From positions 1-37,980 of the forward strand of contig JAGLRY010000204.1 in the NCBI GenBank assembly GCA_023135995.1: a stretch of 37,980 nucleotides of DNA, written 5' to 3'. Below the pieces are notes generated by a model, which saw only the letters and a list, made by a program, of their open reading frames with translations, was not told the DNA's origin and searched no databases. The position numbers were made by a program, and so were the translations under genes. Below, in pieces: positions 18,099 to 27,142 of this stretch (its first letter is position 1; each line of letters starts with the position of its first letter). Source of the stretch: Candidatus Aminicenantes bacterium. Lineage in GTDB: Bacteria; Acidobacteriota; Aminicenantia; Aminicenantales; Aminicenantaceae.

Positions 18099-18425
18099 TT
18101 GTCCGAAGATATTTTTAATGTGACTGATGACACATTCGAAGAGGAAGTGCTCAAGGCAGAGCTTCCTGTTCTTGTGGATTTTTGGGCCGTATGGTGTGGC
18201 CCCTGCCAAATGGTCGCTCCCACAGTGGAGTACTTGGCTCAAAATTATAAGGATAAGTTGAGGGTTGCCAAGATGAATGTGGACGATAACATGAATGTTC
18301 CTGCCAAATACGGCATCATGAGTATCCCGGCCCTTCTTCTTTTTAAGGGCGGAGAGGTTGTGGAGACCGTCATTGGAGCCCTCCCTCAAGACAAGATCGT
18401 GGATACGGTAGCAAAACACCTATGA
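18099..18425 (+). CDS. trxA: thioredoxin
   Basis: 108 aa with a TTG start 5 nt after GAGAGGAGG. Active site WAVWCGPCQ; also PALLLFKGGE. Confidence 0.93.
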   Translation: MSEDIFNVTDDTFEEEVLKAELPVLVDFWAVWCGPCQMVAPTVEYLAQNYKDKLRVAKMNVDDNMNVPAKYGIMSIPALLLFKGGEVVETVIGALPQDKIVDTVAKHL

Positions 18426-19345
18426 GTCAGACACACGACGTCATCATACTCGGTGCAGGCCCTGCGGGGTTGTCCTCTGCCATTTACACGGGACGGGCCA
18501 TGCTCGACACCCTTATCCTCGAGAAAGGTGCGCCTGGAGGTCAGATCCTTATGACGGATTTTATCGAGAATTATCCGGGTTTTCCCGAAGGGATCGCTCC
18601 CGTCGAGTTGATGGAGAGTTTCCGGAAGCAGGCCGAACGCTTTGGTGCAAAGATCGGCATCGATACGATCAAAGAGCTCCAGAGAGAGGGCCAGCTCTGG
18701 AAAGTGTGCGGCAATAAAAATGAATACCTAACGCGCGCAGTCATCATCGCCACAGGATCGAATTTCAGGAGACTCGGCGTCAAAGGGGAAGGGAAATTCA
18801 CAGGGCGAGGTGTTTCCTACTGCGCCACTTGCGATGGATTCTTTTTTAGGGACAAGGTTGTGGCTGTTGTGGGAGGTGGGAACTGGGCGCTTACAGAGGC
18901 CATTTTCCTGACAAAATTTGCCCGCCGAGTTAAAATGATCCACCGGCGTGACCAATTCAGAGCCGAAAAGATCCTTCAAGCGCGGACACTCGCCCATGAA
19001 AAGATGGAGGTGCTCTGGGATACGGTGATCGAAGAGATCTCGGGAGACACCACACTTAAGTCCCTCACTGTCAAAAATGTCAAAACGGGTGAGCTGACAG
19101 AGCTCAAAGTGGATGGTTTGTTTGTCTCCATCGGCACAGTCCCCAATTCAGAATTCGTGAAAGACCTTCTCAAGCTCAACGAATGGCGGGAAATTGTTGT
19201 GGGAAAAAAGATGAAGACATCCCAACCCGGAATCTTCGCTGCTGGAGATGTGACCGATGCCTGCCCCGAGCAAGTGGCCACTGCAGTGGGCACGGGTGTG
19301 GCAGCAGCCATTGCCACCGACGAATACCTCCAGTCCCTCGCATAA
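18422..19345 (+). CDS. trxB: thioredoxin-disulfide reductase
   Basis: 307 aa with GAGPAG, redox centre CATCDG, GGGNWALTEA and GDV. ATGA overlap with trxA. Confidence 0.93.
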   Translation: MSQTHDVIILGAGPAGLSSAIYTGRAMLDTLILEKGAPGGQILMTDFIENYPGFPEGIAPVELMESFRKQAERFGAKIGIDTIKELQREGQLWKVCGNKNEYLTRAVIIATGSNFRRLGVKGEGKFTGRGVSYCATCDGFFFRDKVVAVVGGGNWALTEAIFLTKFARRVKMIHRRDQFRAEKILQARTLAHEKMEVLWDTVIEEISGDTTLKSLTVKNVKTGELTELKVDGLFVSIGTVPNSEFVKDLLKLNEWREIVVGKKMKTSQPGIFAAGDVTDACPEQVATAVGTGVAAAIATDEYLQSLA

Positions 19346-19374
19346 ATTCTGAGTGCAAAAATTCTGTGACGGGA

Positions 19375-20436
19375 TTATTCTCTGAGTTTATTTTCCAGCT
19401 CTTCGATGCGTTTCTTGAGTTTCCTGAATTCCCGGATCAGATCATAGAGCTGGGGGATGGCGGCCCAGGCTTTGCGCCAGGTCCTGATATCGAGATGCGG
19501 GCTTCCTGAAACAAAGGAACCGGAGGGAAGGTTTTTTGTGATCCCAGACTTTGCGGCGATAATGACGTTGTCTCCGATCGTAATGTGGTCGGGGATCCCC
19601 ACTTGGCCGCCAGCGATGAAATTTTTTCCGACCTTCGAGCTCCCGGCAATTCCTGTCTGTGCGGCCAAGATGCTATCCGGTCCGATCTCCACACTGTGGG
19701 CGACCTGAACGAGGTTGTCGATCTTCGTTCCTCTCTTGATGATGGTTTCGCCCAAAGCGGCTCTGTCGACGGTTGTGTTTGCGCCTATCTCCACATCGTC
19801 TTCGATGATGACGATCCCCTTTTGGGGGATTTTGATGTGAGATCCGTCTTTGGCCTTTTGGAATCCAAAGCCGTCAGATCCTAAAACCACTCCGTTGTGC
19901 AGGATGACGTGGTTGCCGATCCGGGTGTTCTCTCTGATGGACACAAAGGAATGGCACATGACCTCCTTTCCGATCTTGACTCTCGGGTATACGGAGACGA
20001 AGGGGAATAAAACAGAACCGTCCCCGATTTCGACGTCTTCGTCGATAAATACAAAGGCACCGATAGCCACATCCTTCCCGATCGTGGCAGAGGGAGAAAC
20101 CAGAGCCTGGGGATGGATGCCGGGCTCAGGACGGTAGGGTGTGTAAAAAAACTCCAACGCCTTTATGAATGAAATATAGGGATGTTCAGAGTGTATTGTA
20201 GGGATCCTGTCGGATTTTTCCTCGATGGTCACGATGGCTGCCGAGGCTTTTGTTTTCTCCAGTGAATTTCTGTATTTGGGGTCAGCGAGAAAAACGAGGT
20301 CTCCCTTATCAGCCCTTTCCAAGCTGGAAACGTCATGGATGGGGGTGTTCCCGTCCCCTTCGAACCGACAGTCTAGGTGACGGGCCAGTTCTTCCACTGT
20401 TGTGCACTTGGGGCGGTTTTTATGCGGTCTTTTCAT
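19375..20436 (-). CDS. lpxD: UDP-3-O-(3-hydroxyacyl)glucosamine N-acyltransferase
   Basis: The N-terminal uridine-binding region is LARHLDCRFEGDGNTPIHDVSSLERADKGDLVFLADPKY. A long left-handed beta-helix of hexapeptide repeats and a C-terminal helix follow. The ORF opens at 20490; ATG 20436 (MKRPHK) is preferred because it limits the overlap with the upstream gene. Confidence 0.88.
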   Translation of the reverse strand: MKRPHKNRPKCTTVEELARHLDCRFEGDGNTPIHDVSSLERADKGDLVFLADPKYRNSLEKTKASAAIVTIEEKSDRIPTIHSEHPYISFIKALEFFYTPYRPEPGIHPQALVSPSATIGKDVAIGAFVFIDEDVEIGDGSVLFPFVSVYPRVKIGKEVMCHSFVSIRENTRIGNHVILHNGVVLGSDGFGFQKAKDGSHIKIPQKGIVIIEDDVEIGANTTVDRAALGETIIKRGTKIDNLVQVAHSVEIGPDSILAAQTGIAGSSKVGKNFIAGGQVGIPDHITIGDNVIIAAKSGITKNLPSGSFVSGSPHLDIRTWRKAWAAIPQLYDLIREFRKLKKRIEELENKLRE

Positions 20437-21292
20437 GGATCCTCTCATTGAGGACAGCAGCCAGCTCTGCTCCCCAAAGCAGTATGACAAGGGAGAAGCT
20501 CAGCCACAGGAGGAAGAAGATGATCGATGTGATCGTTCCCTGCAGGAGTTTGGAGAGCACGATGCCGATAGCCGAGAAGTGGGCCACATAAAAAGCGAAC
20601 AGCCTTTTGAAGATCTCCCAGAGGAGAGCGCCGATAAAGGCAGAAACGACCGCAGCTTTTGTGTAGACTTTGACCTCAGGAATGAATTTGTAGAGAGAGA
20701 AAAAGAACAGAAATGTCAGAGTGAACGGGATGAGGTATTGGAGAAAAAAATTGTTGACCAAGGACACGGCCTCAGGATTGATGTTGTTGGCAACAAACGG
20801 GCTTTCCTGGATGATCCTGTTGATGGCTGTCCAGACAGCGGTGATGGACAGAGAGATCAGCATGATGATCCCTATGACAAACAGCAGGATGTATTCCATA
20901 AGCCGGCTGTAGAAGAAGGTTTTTTGCTGGTTTGCTCTGAAGATGGAGTTTATGGCATTGATCAGGTTTGAAAACAAAAAACTGGCAGCGATGAAAGACC
21001 CTGCCAGGCCGAACCATCCGAGATTGGAGATGTTTTGGGAAAGATACTGGAGCCTTTCGAAAAAGGCGGGGTCTAGCTGAGCGAAGAACTCATCGTTGAA
21101 GATGTTCAGACTGCGGAACGCGATTTCCGAATTCCCGAGAATACGTGTGGAAACAAAGGTAAAAAGCGCAACCAGGGGGATGGAACACATCAGGGCAAAG
21201 TAGGAGATGATGATCGCATAATTGCCGCACTTGTCCTGCGCAAACCTCTGGAAGGTTTTTTTGACGACCTGGAAAACTACAGAATTTTTCAA
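20420..21292 (-). CDS. YihY/BrkB-family inner membrane protein
   Basis: 290 aa. The N-terminus FAQDKCGNYAIIISYFALMCSIPLVALF is typical of the family, and about six hydrophobic helices follow. It lies 26 nt downstream of atpE. Confidence 0.7.
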   Translation of the reverse strand: MKNSVVFQVVKKTFQRFAQDKCGNYAIIISYFALMCSIPLVALFTFVSTRILGNSEIAFRSLNIFNDEFFAQLDPAFFERLQYLSQNISNLGWFGLAGSFIAASFLFSNLINAINSIFRANQQKTFFYSRLMEYILLFVIGIIMLISLSITAVWTAINRIIQESPFVANNINPEAVSLVNNFFLQYLIPFTLTFLFFFSLYKFIPEVKVYTKAAVVSAFIGALLWEIFKRLFAFYVAHFSAIGIVLSKLLQGTITSIIFFLLWLSFSLVILLWGAELAAVLNERIHEKTA

Positions 21293-21318
21293 CGTCTCAC
21301 AGGATGATCACTGGTGCT

Positions 21319-21666
21319 TTATTGGTAGTTTCCCCACTGGACATTGATGATCATGATGGTGATCAGAAGGGCGTATATGACCAGTGTCTCGATGAGCACG
21401 AGCCCGAAAATGAGAATGAACCTGATCGTGGGAGCTCCTCCTGGATTTCTGGATATCCCTTCGCACGCACTGCTGATGGCTTTGGCTTGGCAGAACGCTC
21501 CTGCCGCAGCGGCCAGCGTGATGATGGCGCCTCCAACAATGATGGACAATTTGTAGAGCATCGCTCTCTCTTCACTCACTGCTGCATCTTGAGCCAAAAG
21601 GGGCGCGCAAAAAAGGATCATGAAGAAAACCAGCATACCGGATGCCTTGAGCTTTGAATTCATCAT
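21319..21666 (-). CDS. atpE: F0F1 ATP synthase subunit c with an N-terminal signal-peptide-like extension
   Basis: The helical hairpin is GGAIITLAAAAGAFCQAKAISSACEGISRNPGG...ILIFGLVLIETLVIYALLI, with the carboxylate in IETL. The ORF opens at 21714, which would overlap atpB. ATG 21666 (MMNSKLK) lies 13 nt after the atpB stop. Confidence 0.85.
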   Translation of the reverse strand: MMNSKLKASGMLVFFMILFCAPLLAQDAAVSEERAMLYKLSIIVGGAIITLAAAAGAFCQAKAISSACEGISRNPGGAPTIRFILIFGLVLIETLVIYALLITIMIINVQWGNYQ

Positions 21667-21679
21667 TATACTCCTTATA

Positions 21680-22426
21680 TTAATGTTCCTCTTCGTGGGC
21701 CACAGCTCCTGCAATATAAATGCAGGCCAACAACACGAAGACGAAAGATTGGATGACGGCAGTGAATATCGCTATTGCCATAAAGGGAAGCGGCAGGAAA
21801 AATGGAACGATGGACGCCATGATGACGATAAGCACTTCTTCGGCGAAAATATTCCCGAAGAGTCGAATGGAGAGGGAAACGGGACGGGAGAAATGGCTGA
21901 TGATCTCTATGGGGACCATGAGCGGAGCCAAAAGGGGGATTGGTCCAGCGAAGTGTTTAAGATATTTCAAAAGGCCTTGTGCTCTGATGCCCTGGAGGTG
22001 ATAGTACACAAAGACAACAAGAGCACAACCTATTGTGACGTTGAGTTTGCTCGTGGGAGACATGAATCCGGGAACCAGTCCGATGAGATTGCAAAAAAGA
22101 ATAAAGAGCCCCACGGTAGCGATGAGCGGCAGGTATTTTTTCCCCTGTTCTCCGATCGTGTCCACGAGCAATCCTTCAAAGGTCTGAATGATGAGCTCAA
22201 GGACGCTCTGACGCTTGGAGGGGACGAGGGAGAGTTTTCGGGAAGAGAGGCCTAATAACAGGGTTAGCAAAAGCGCAACGACCAGGCACATGACGATGTA
22301 ATCCGGCACGAGGTGCTCGGGGTCTGCAACATGGATCCCCAGCCAGCTGAGAAGAGTTGCCAGAGGCTTACCGAAGACTTTGTTGAAAAGGTCGACGATG
22401 AATAAACTGTGCTCTAATTTTTCCAT
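21680..22426 (-). CDS. atpB: F0F1 ATP synthase subunit a
   Basis: 248 aa and polytopic. The conserved stator arginine lies in the motif SRPVSLSIRLFGNIFAEE. Confidence 0.9.
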   Translation of the reverse strand: MEKLEHSLFIVDLFNKVFGKPLATLLSWLGIHVADPEHLVPDYIVMCLVVALLLTLLLGLSSRKLSLVPSKRQSVLELIIQTFEGLLVDTIGEQGKKYLPLIATVGLFILFCNLIGLVPGFMSPTSKLNVTIGCALVVFVYYHLQGIRAQGLLKYLKHFAGPIPLLAPLMVPIEIISHFSRPVSLSIRLFGNIFAEEVLIVIMASIVPFFLPLPFMAIAIFTAVIQSFVFVLLACIYIAGAVAHEEEH

Positions 22427-22824
22427 TCTTTTAGCTTAGAGAGTCCTACAACAGCCTCTAACAGAAAAACAACAATAAGCGTGGAAAATCCTGCTGCAAA
22501 AGCCAATATTTTCTCTGAAAAGAAGAGAATTATAATAAAAAAGATACCAAGAATCAATAGAAGTCGGATGCTGTATACAGCGATCCCTGACCGTAAAGCC
22601 TTCTTTTTCCCAGAGGAAAGGAATCTGGAGATGGCCTGCCTCATCCAGATAAAGTTGATGGCGGCCAAGATCCCACCGGCAAAAACGAGTGCAGCGCTCA
22701 CCCCGTCGAACACAATCCAGGTGCCGACAGCAAGGACCAAGGATAACAGGACAATCTCCTGAGGGATTCTCTTGAGGATGCGTTCCTCTTCCCCGGCTAG
22801 GTTGTCTTTTTCTGGATCTGTCAT
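22414..22824 (-). CDS. atpI: ATP synthase protein I-like membrane protein
   Basis: 136 aa with four hydrophobic segments, immediately upstream of atpB with an overlapping junction. The alternative-frame ORF 22436..22831 was rejected because it is Arg/Cys-rich and not hydrophobic. Confidence 0.6.
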   Translation of the reverse strand: MTDPEKDNLAGEEERILKRIPQEIVLLSLVLAVGTWIVFDGVSAALVFAGGILAAINFIWMRQAISRFLSSGKKKALRSGIAVYSIRLLLILGIFFIIILFFSEKILAFAAGFSTLIVVFLLEAVVGLSKLKEWKN

Positions 22825-22827
22825 CGT

Positions 22828-23064
22828 TCACATGTCCTTATCTTTATCAAGGTATTTTTTTAATCCTCTGATGAGACTGTAAAACCCGGAGGCTGTCCCG
22901 AAGAGAAAAAAGAGGACCAAGAGCCAAGGGCGAGTTCCTAAAAGCTTATCGAGGTAGTATCCGATAAACAGTCCCACAGCGATGGAAGACGGCAGCATGA
23001 GTCCCAATGAACTCAACCCTGCGAGTTTTTTATAGTTGATCCTTGACCTGTCGTCGTCCCTCAT
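22828..23064 (-). CDS. atpZ: AtpZ/ATPase_gene1-family small membrane protein
   Basis: 78 aa with two TM helices (LSSLGLMLPSSIAVGLFIGYYLDKLLGT.PWLLVLFFLFGTASGFYSLI), as in the first gene of many atp operons. Confidence 0.65.
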   Translation of the reverse strand: MRDDDRSRINYKKLAGLSSLGLMLPSSIAVGLFIGYYLDKLLGTRPWLLVLFFLFGTASGFYSLIRGLKKYLDKDKDM

Positions 23065-23183
23065 ATCTCTTGATCGATGGGCTCACCTTTGCCCAAACGA
23101 CTGAACTTTTTGAGCAAATAAAGTCCGCCTCTCACGTCCTGCTTTTTACGTCTAACCCCGTTTTAAAGGAGCAAAGCAAAGGA

Positions 23184-23212
23184 ATTATCGTACGAATTGG
23201 ATGGGCTGTCAA
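23184..23212 (-). promoter_or_regulatory. candidate sigma70 promoter for the atpZ-atpI-atpB-atpE operon
   Basis: Read on the minus strand: TTGACA (23212-23207), an exact 17-nt spacer, then GATAAT (23189-23184). It lies about 115 nt upstream of the atpZ ATG. Confidence 0.45.
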
Positions 23213-23247
23213 GGTGATTTCTTGTGTGATTTATAGGGGGAAGCTTA

Positions 23248-23276
23248 TTGATAATCAAGAGAGGGTTGTGTAACAT
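23248..23276 (+). promoter_or_regulatory. candidate sigma70 promoter abutting lptD
   Basis: TTGATA (23248-23253), a 17-nt spacer, then TAACAT (23271-23276). The lptD ATG at 23285 follows 8 nt later with no Shine-Dalgarno. Confidence 0.3.
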
Positions 23277-23284
23277 TGTATTTA

Positions 23285-25528
23285 ATGATCCATAAATGTA
23301 AGCAGTGGACTCTCTGTGTCCTTGTCCTCGTAGCAGGCCTCTGTCCTATGGCTTTTGGCCAGACACAGACCACCGGCTTGCCACAGACTGCCGATCAAGA
23401 CTCGACAGAAGAGGTTCCCTTTCGAGTGATCGCCAATTATAAGGAACAGCTGGAGAATCGGATCATCGCCAGGGGCAATGTGGAGATCCACTACAAGACG
23501 ATCAAGCTGTTTGCCGACAGGGTCGAATTGGATACCGAAACCAAAGATGTTTTCGCTGAAGGCCATGTTGTGATCCAGACACCCGGAGATGTGATCAGTG
23601 TGGAACGCATCCAGTTCAACCTCGATTCTCGACTGGGAACCTTCCAAAACGTCTTCGGCCGTTCTTTGCCCAATATTTTTTACGAAGCAGAAACGGTCGA
23701 GAAGACGAGCGAAGACATGTATAGGTTGACCAAAGGGAATTTCACCTCATGCACCCAGCCGACTCCGCGATGGCGCTTCTCTTTTTCCAGAGCAAACCTC
23801 AAAAAAGCCGACTATGTGGAGATGTGGAATTCTGTGGTCAGGGTAAAGAAAATCCCGATCCTCTACTTCCCCTATCTCAAGTATCCTTTGGATCAAGAAG
23901 GGGCCACCGGTTTCCTGATGCCAAAGTTAGGGTACAATGGGCAGAAAGGGTTCAATTACTCCCAGAGCTTCTACTGGGCCATAAGGCGGAACATGGATTC
24001 CACGATCAACATGGACTATTACTCAACCCAAGGATTGGGAGGTGGTCTTGAATACCGATACATGTTCACCCAAGGGACAGGAGGCCAGCTGAACCTGTAT
24101 TACTTCAAATTCAAGAATGACCCTGAACTGGAATTGCCCGAAAATGCCTACCTCATCCGTTTCAGCCACAACCAGCCTCTCCCCTATGCGTTCAACCTCG
24201 TGGCGGACGTGGATTACCAAAGCTCGTATGAATTTCTCCGAGAATTCGACAATAACTTTAGACGTGCGGTTGTGTCCAACCGCCGCTCTCAGGTGTTTCT
24301 CCAGAGAGCATGGTCTTATTTCAACCTGAGCATGCGCGCTTCCCGATTCGAAACCTATTACACGGACAGGGAAAACTCCATCATTCGCTACAGCCTCCCG
24401 GAGGTCGGATTCTCTTCTTCACAGATCAAGCTGATTTCACCGCTCTACTTTTCTTTTTACTCATCCTTCAGTGCCTGGAAGTACGGATGGGCTTATGCTA
24501 ACCGGCAGGGCACAGATTACAAGGAAAATTATGAAGATGGCACGCAGAGAAACTCACAGAGCATCTCTTTCTCTCCTGTGCTCACCCTGCCATTCACCTC
24601 TATCCCCTGGTTGGTCATCAATTCCTCCTTGGCATCCAACATGTCCTTCGATCTCCAGAGTTATGCTCCGAACACCAAGAACATCGTGGCCGAGCCCATC
24701 CTCAGAAAGAACTTCACTTTCAACATAGAGTTTATCGGGCCCACGTTCAACAAGATATTCTTGGATGATGAAGACGAACCAAAAGTCAAACATATCATCG
24801 AACCCACTTTTTCCTACCGGTACGAAAGCCCGGTCGAACAGTCCGACCGTGTGATAACCTCGGCCCGCTATTTTACACGCGCTCATTATGTCAGTTACGG
24901 TTTGACCACTCGAGTTCTCGTCAAGGTCGACAAAATGCCGCGAGAGATCTTCACTTTTGGGTTGAGTCAGATCTACTTTCTGAGCCCTGAAGACAGTCCC
25001 ATGCAGGGCTTTGAGGTGGACGGAAAAATTCCTGAATTTTCAGACATTAACGGGTATTTGAGGTATTACCCCGGGACCAAACACAGTATCGATTTTTCCA
25101 TGGCCTTTAATCATTACCACACGAGGTTTTCGCATCTCCGGTTGGGGGCGAACTGGGGTGCTCCTTCGGACAACCTGTTTCTCAGGGTCAGTTGGTACAG
25201 GAGTCTGAATCCCTATTTTGACAACACATGGGGCGAGCGGCATCAGGTCAGCTTTTATACCGGCTTTAAAATCCCAAAGATCAACCTCGATGCCCTCGGA
25301 ACCCTGGATTACAACATCAAGGAGAGAAAGCTTCTTTACGCGGCCTTCTCTGTTGTTTACCACTACCAGTGTATTGATTTTAAGGCAGATGTTAAGATAT
25401 TCTATTTCCGGGAGAAACCCGAGGCTCAGTTCGGCATTTCCATCGGACTGGGGAATATTGGGATAACCACCGATTTTCTTGGAGGTCTAACAGATAGCGA
25501 ACATGCACGAACAAACAATCCCTATTAG
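23285..25528 (+). CDS. lptD: LPS-assembly outer membrane protein LptD
   Basis: The signal peptide MIHKCKQWTLCVLVLVAGLCPMAFG is followed by Q. An OstA-type N-terminal domain (ARGNVEIHYKTIKLFADRVELDTETKDVFAEGHVVI) and a large beta-barrel follow, with a C-terminus rich in aromatic residues. The ORF also opens at TTG 23276. Confidence 0.88.
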   Translation: MIHKCKQWTLCVLVLVAGLCPMAFGQTQTTGLPQTADQDSTEEVPFRVIANYKEQLENRIIARGNVEIHYKTIKLFADRVELDTETKDVFAEGHVVIQTPGDVISVERIQFNLDSRLGTFQNVFGRSLPNIFYEAETVEKTSEDMYRLTKGNFTSCTQPTPRWRFSFSRANLKKADYVEMWNSVVRVKKIPILYFPYLKYPLDQEGATGFLMPKLGYNGQKGFNYSQSFYWAIRRNMDSTINMDYYSTQGLGGGLEYRYMFTQGTGGQLNLYYFKFKNDPELELPENAYLIRFSHNQPLPYAFNLVADVDYQSSYEFLREFDNNFRRAVVSNRRSQVFLQRAWSYFNLSMRASRFETYYTDRENSIIRYSLPEVGFSSSQIKLISPLYFSFYSSFSAWKYGWAYANRQGTDYKENYEDGTQRNSQSISFSPVLTLPFTSIPWLVINSSLASNMSFDLQSYAPNTKNIVAEPILRKNFTFNIEFIGPTFNKIFLDDEDEPKVKHIIEPTFSYRYESPVEQSDRVITSARYFTRAHYVSYGLTTRVLVKVDKMPREIFTFGLSQIYFLSPEDSPMQGFEVDGKIPEFSDINGYLRYYPGTKHSIDFSMAFNHYHTRFSHLRLGANWGAPSDNLFLRVSWYRSLNPYFDNTWGERHQVSFYTGFKIPKINLDALGTLDYNIKERKLLYAAFSVVYHYQCIDFKADVKIFYFREKPEAQFGISIGLGNIGITTDFLGGLTDSEHARTNNPY

Positions 25529-25585
25529 GATAGTGATAAAGCACACAACTAAAAAAATCATCGATTCAAAGGTAAGGAGTCAAAC

Positions 25586-26650
25586 ATGAAAGGCCTGATT
25601 TTGAGCGGAGGGAAGGGAACCAGACTTCGTCCCCTGACTTTTACACAGGCTAAACAATTGGTCCCTGTGGCCAACAAGCCTGTCCTGTTTTACGGGATCG
25701 AAGCACTCCAGGAAGCCGGGATCGAAGAGATCGGCATCGTTGTTGGAGATACCAAAGATGAGATCAAAGCTGCTGTGGGGGATGGTTCGCAATGGGGGAT
25801 AAAAATCACCTATATCGAGCAGGAGGCTCCCCTGGGATTGGCCCATGCCGTAAAAATTTCTGAGGAATTCCTGGACAAAGAGCCTTTTGTAATGTATCTT
25901 GGCGACAACATCCTCAAAAGCGGCATCAAATCTCTGGTTGATGAGTTCAAAGAGAAAAAACCCAACTCGCTCATCCTTCTCACGGAGGTTCCGAATCCTC
26001 AGATGTTCGGCGTCGCCGAGCTCGATGGAGAACGAGTGAAGAGGCTGGTTGAAAAGCCCAAAAAGCCGGCGAGCAACCTGGCTCTTGTTGGGGTCTACAT
26101 GTTCGACTCCCATATCTTCGAGGCTGTCAATGCCATAAAACCATCCTGGAGGAATGAGCTAGAGATCACAGATGCCATTCAGTACTTGATCGAACACGGG
26201 CTTGTTGTCCATCCCCATCTGGTCTCGGGTTGGTGGAAAGACACGGGTAAACTCGAAGACATTCTTGATGCCAACCGGCTGATCCTTGAACGCATAACAA
26301 GACAGGTCGAAGGCCAGGTGGATGAGGAATCCAAGGTCAGTGGAGAGGTCATCATCGAGAAGGATGTTCGTGTCGAGAACAGCATTATCAGAGGGCCTGC
26401 CATAATCGGAGCAAAAACCGAGGTCATTCATGCTTACGTGGGTCCGTTTACATCCATCCAGAAAGAGTGCCGCATCGTCCGGACTGAGATCGAGAACAGC
26501 ATCGTGCTCCAAGGAAGCGAGATCTGCGACATCGGGAGCAGGATCGACGAAAGCTTGATCGGCCGGGAAACGAAGATATATAAGTGCCCGCCCAAGCCTT
26601 CCGTCTATCGCTTCATGGTGGGCGACAAAAGCGAGATCGGGATCAAATGA
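25586..26650 (+). CDS. rmlA: glucose-1-phosphate thymidylyltransferase, long form with a C-terminal left-handed beta-helix
   Basis: 354 aa. The N-terminus is MKGLILSGGKGTRLRPLTFTQAKQLVPVANKP; also present are LGDN and VEKPK. The C-terminal ~120 aa are hexapeptide-repeat-like. AAGGAG Shine-Dalgarno upstream. Confidence 0.8.
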   Translation: MKGLILSGGKGTRLRPLTFTQAKQLVPVANKPVLFYGIEALQEAGIEEIGIVVGDTKDEIKAAVGDGSQWGIKITYIEQEAPLGLAHAVKISEEFLDKEPFVMYLGDNILKSGIKSLVDEFKEKKPNSLILLTEVPNPQMFGVAELDGERVKRLVEKPKKPASNLALVGVYMFDSHIFEAVNAIKPSWRNELEITDAIQYLIEHGLVVHPHLVSGWWKDTGKLEDILDANRLILERITRQVEGQVDEESKVSGEVIIEKDVRVENSIIRGPAIIGAKTEVIHAYVGPFTSIQKECRIVRTEIENSIVLQGSEICDIGSRIDESLIGRETKIYKCPPKPSVYRFMVGDKSEIGIK

Positions 26651-26686
26651 AGAATATACAGAAAAACGATTTTAAGGGAGTCAGGG

Positions 26687-27142
26687 ATGATTGAGGGAGT
26701 CAAGATTAAACAACTCAGAGTGATTCCAGACCAAAGAGGCCGGCTCATGGAGATCCTGCGGGCCGATGACGATCTTTTCGTGAAGTTCGGACAGGTGTAC
26801 ATGACGACGACCTATCCCAGGGTCGTCAAAGCTTGGCACTTGCATAAAAAGCAGATAGACAACATCGCCTGTGTGCAGGGAATGATCAAGCTTGCCGTAT
26901 ACGACCCAAGAGAGGACTCGCCCACATATAAGGAAGTCAATGAGTTCTATCTGGGCACTCACAACCCGCTCCTTGTCCAGCTTCCTGCAGGAGTCTACCA
27001 TGGATGGATGTGTGTAAGCCAAGAGGAAGCCATTGTCGTGAACGTCCCCACCGAAGTGTATGATCGAGAGAATCCCGACGAGTTTCGTCTGGACCCCCAT
27101 CAGAACGACATTCCCTACGACTGGAGAAGGCGGGATGGCTGA
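26687..27142 (+). CDS. rmlC: dTDP-4-dehydrorhamnose 3,5-epimerase-family cupin (short form)
   Basis: 151 aa with RGRLMEI, AWHLHKKQ, GMIKLAVYDPREDSPTY and PAGVYHGW, resembling the RmlC cupin core. A 3,4-ketoisomerase-type activity cannot be excluded from the sequence alone. Confidence 0.6.
   Translation: MIEGVKIKQLRVIPDQRGRLMEILRADDDLFVKFGQVYMTTTYPRVVKAWHLHKKQIDNIACVQGMIKLAVYDPREDSPTYKEVNEFYLGTHNPLLVQLPAGVYHGWMCVSQEEAIVVNVPTEVYDRENPDEFRLDPHQNDIPYDWRRRDG

Noticed and set aside
19346-19374. The 29-nt convergent junction between trxB and lpxD, examined for a bidirectional terminator.
   Set aside because: It contains only an 8-nt direct repeat (AAATTCTG twice) and no stem-loop.
22436-22831. An alternative 131-aa minus-strand ORF overlapping the atpI-like gene in another frame.
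   Set aside because: Its translation is Arg/Cys/Gly-rich and non-hydrophobic. The 22414..22824 frame gives a four-helix membrane protein that fits the operon context.
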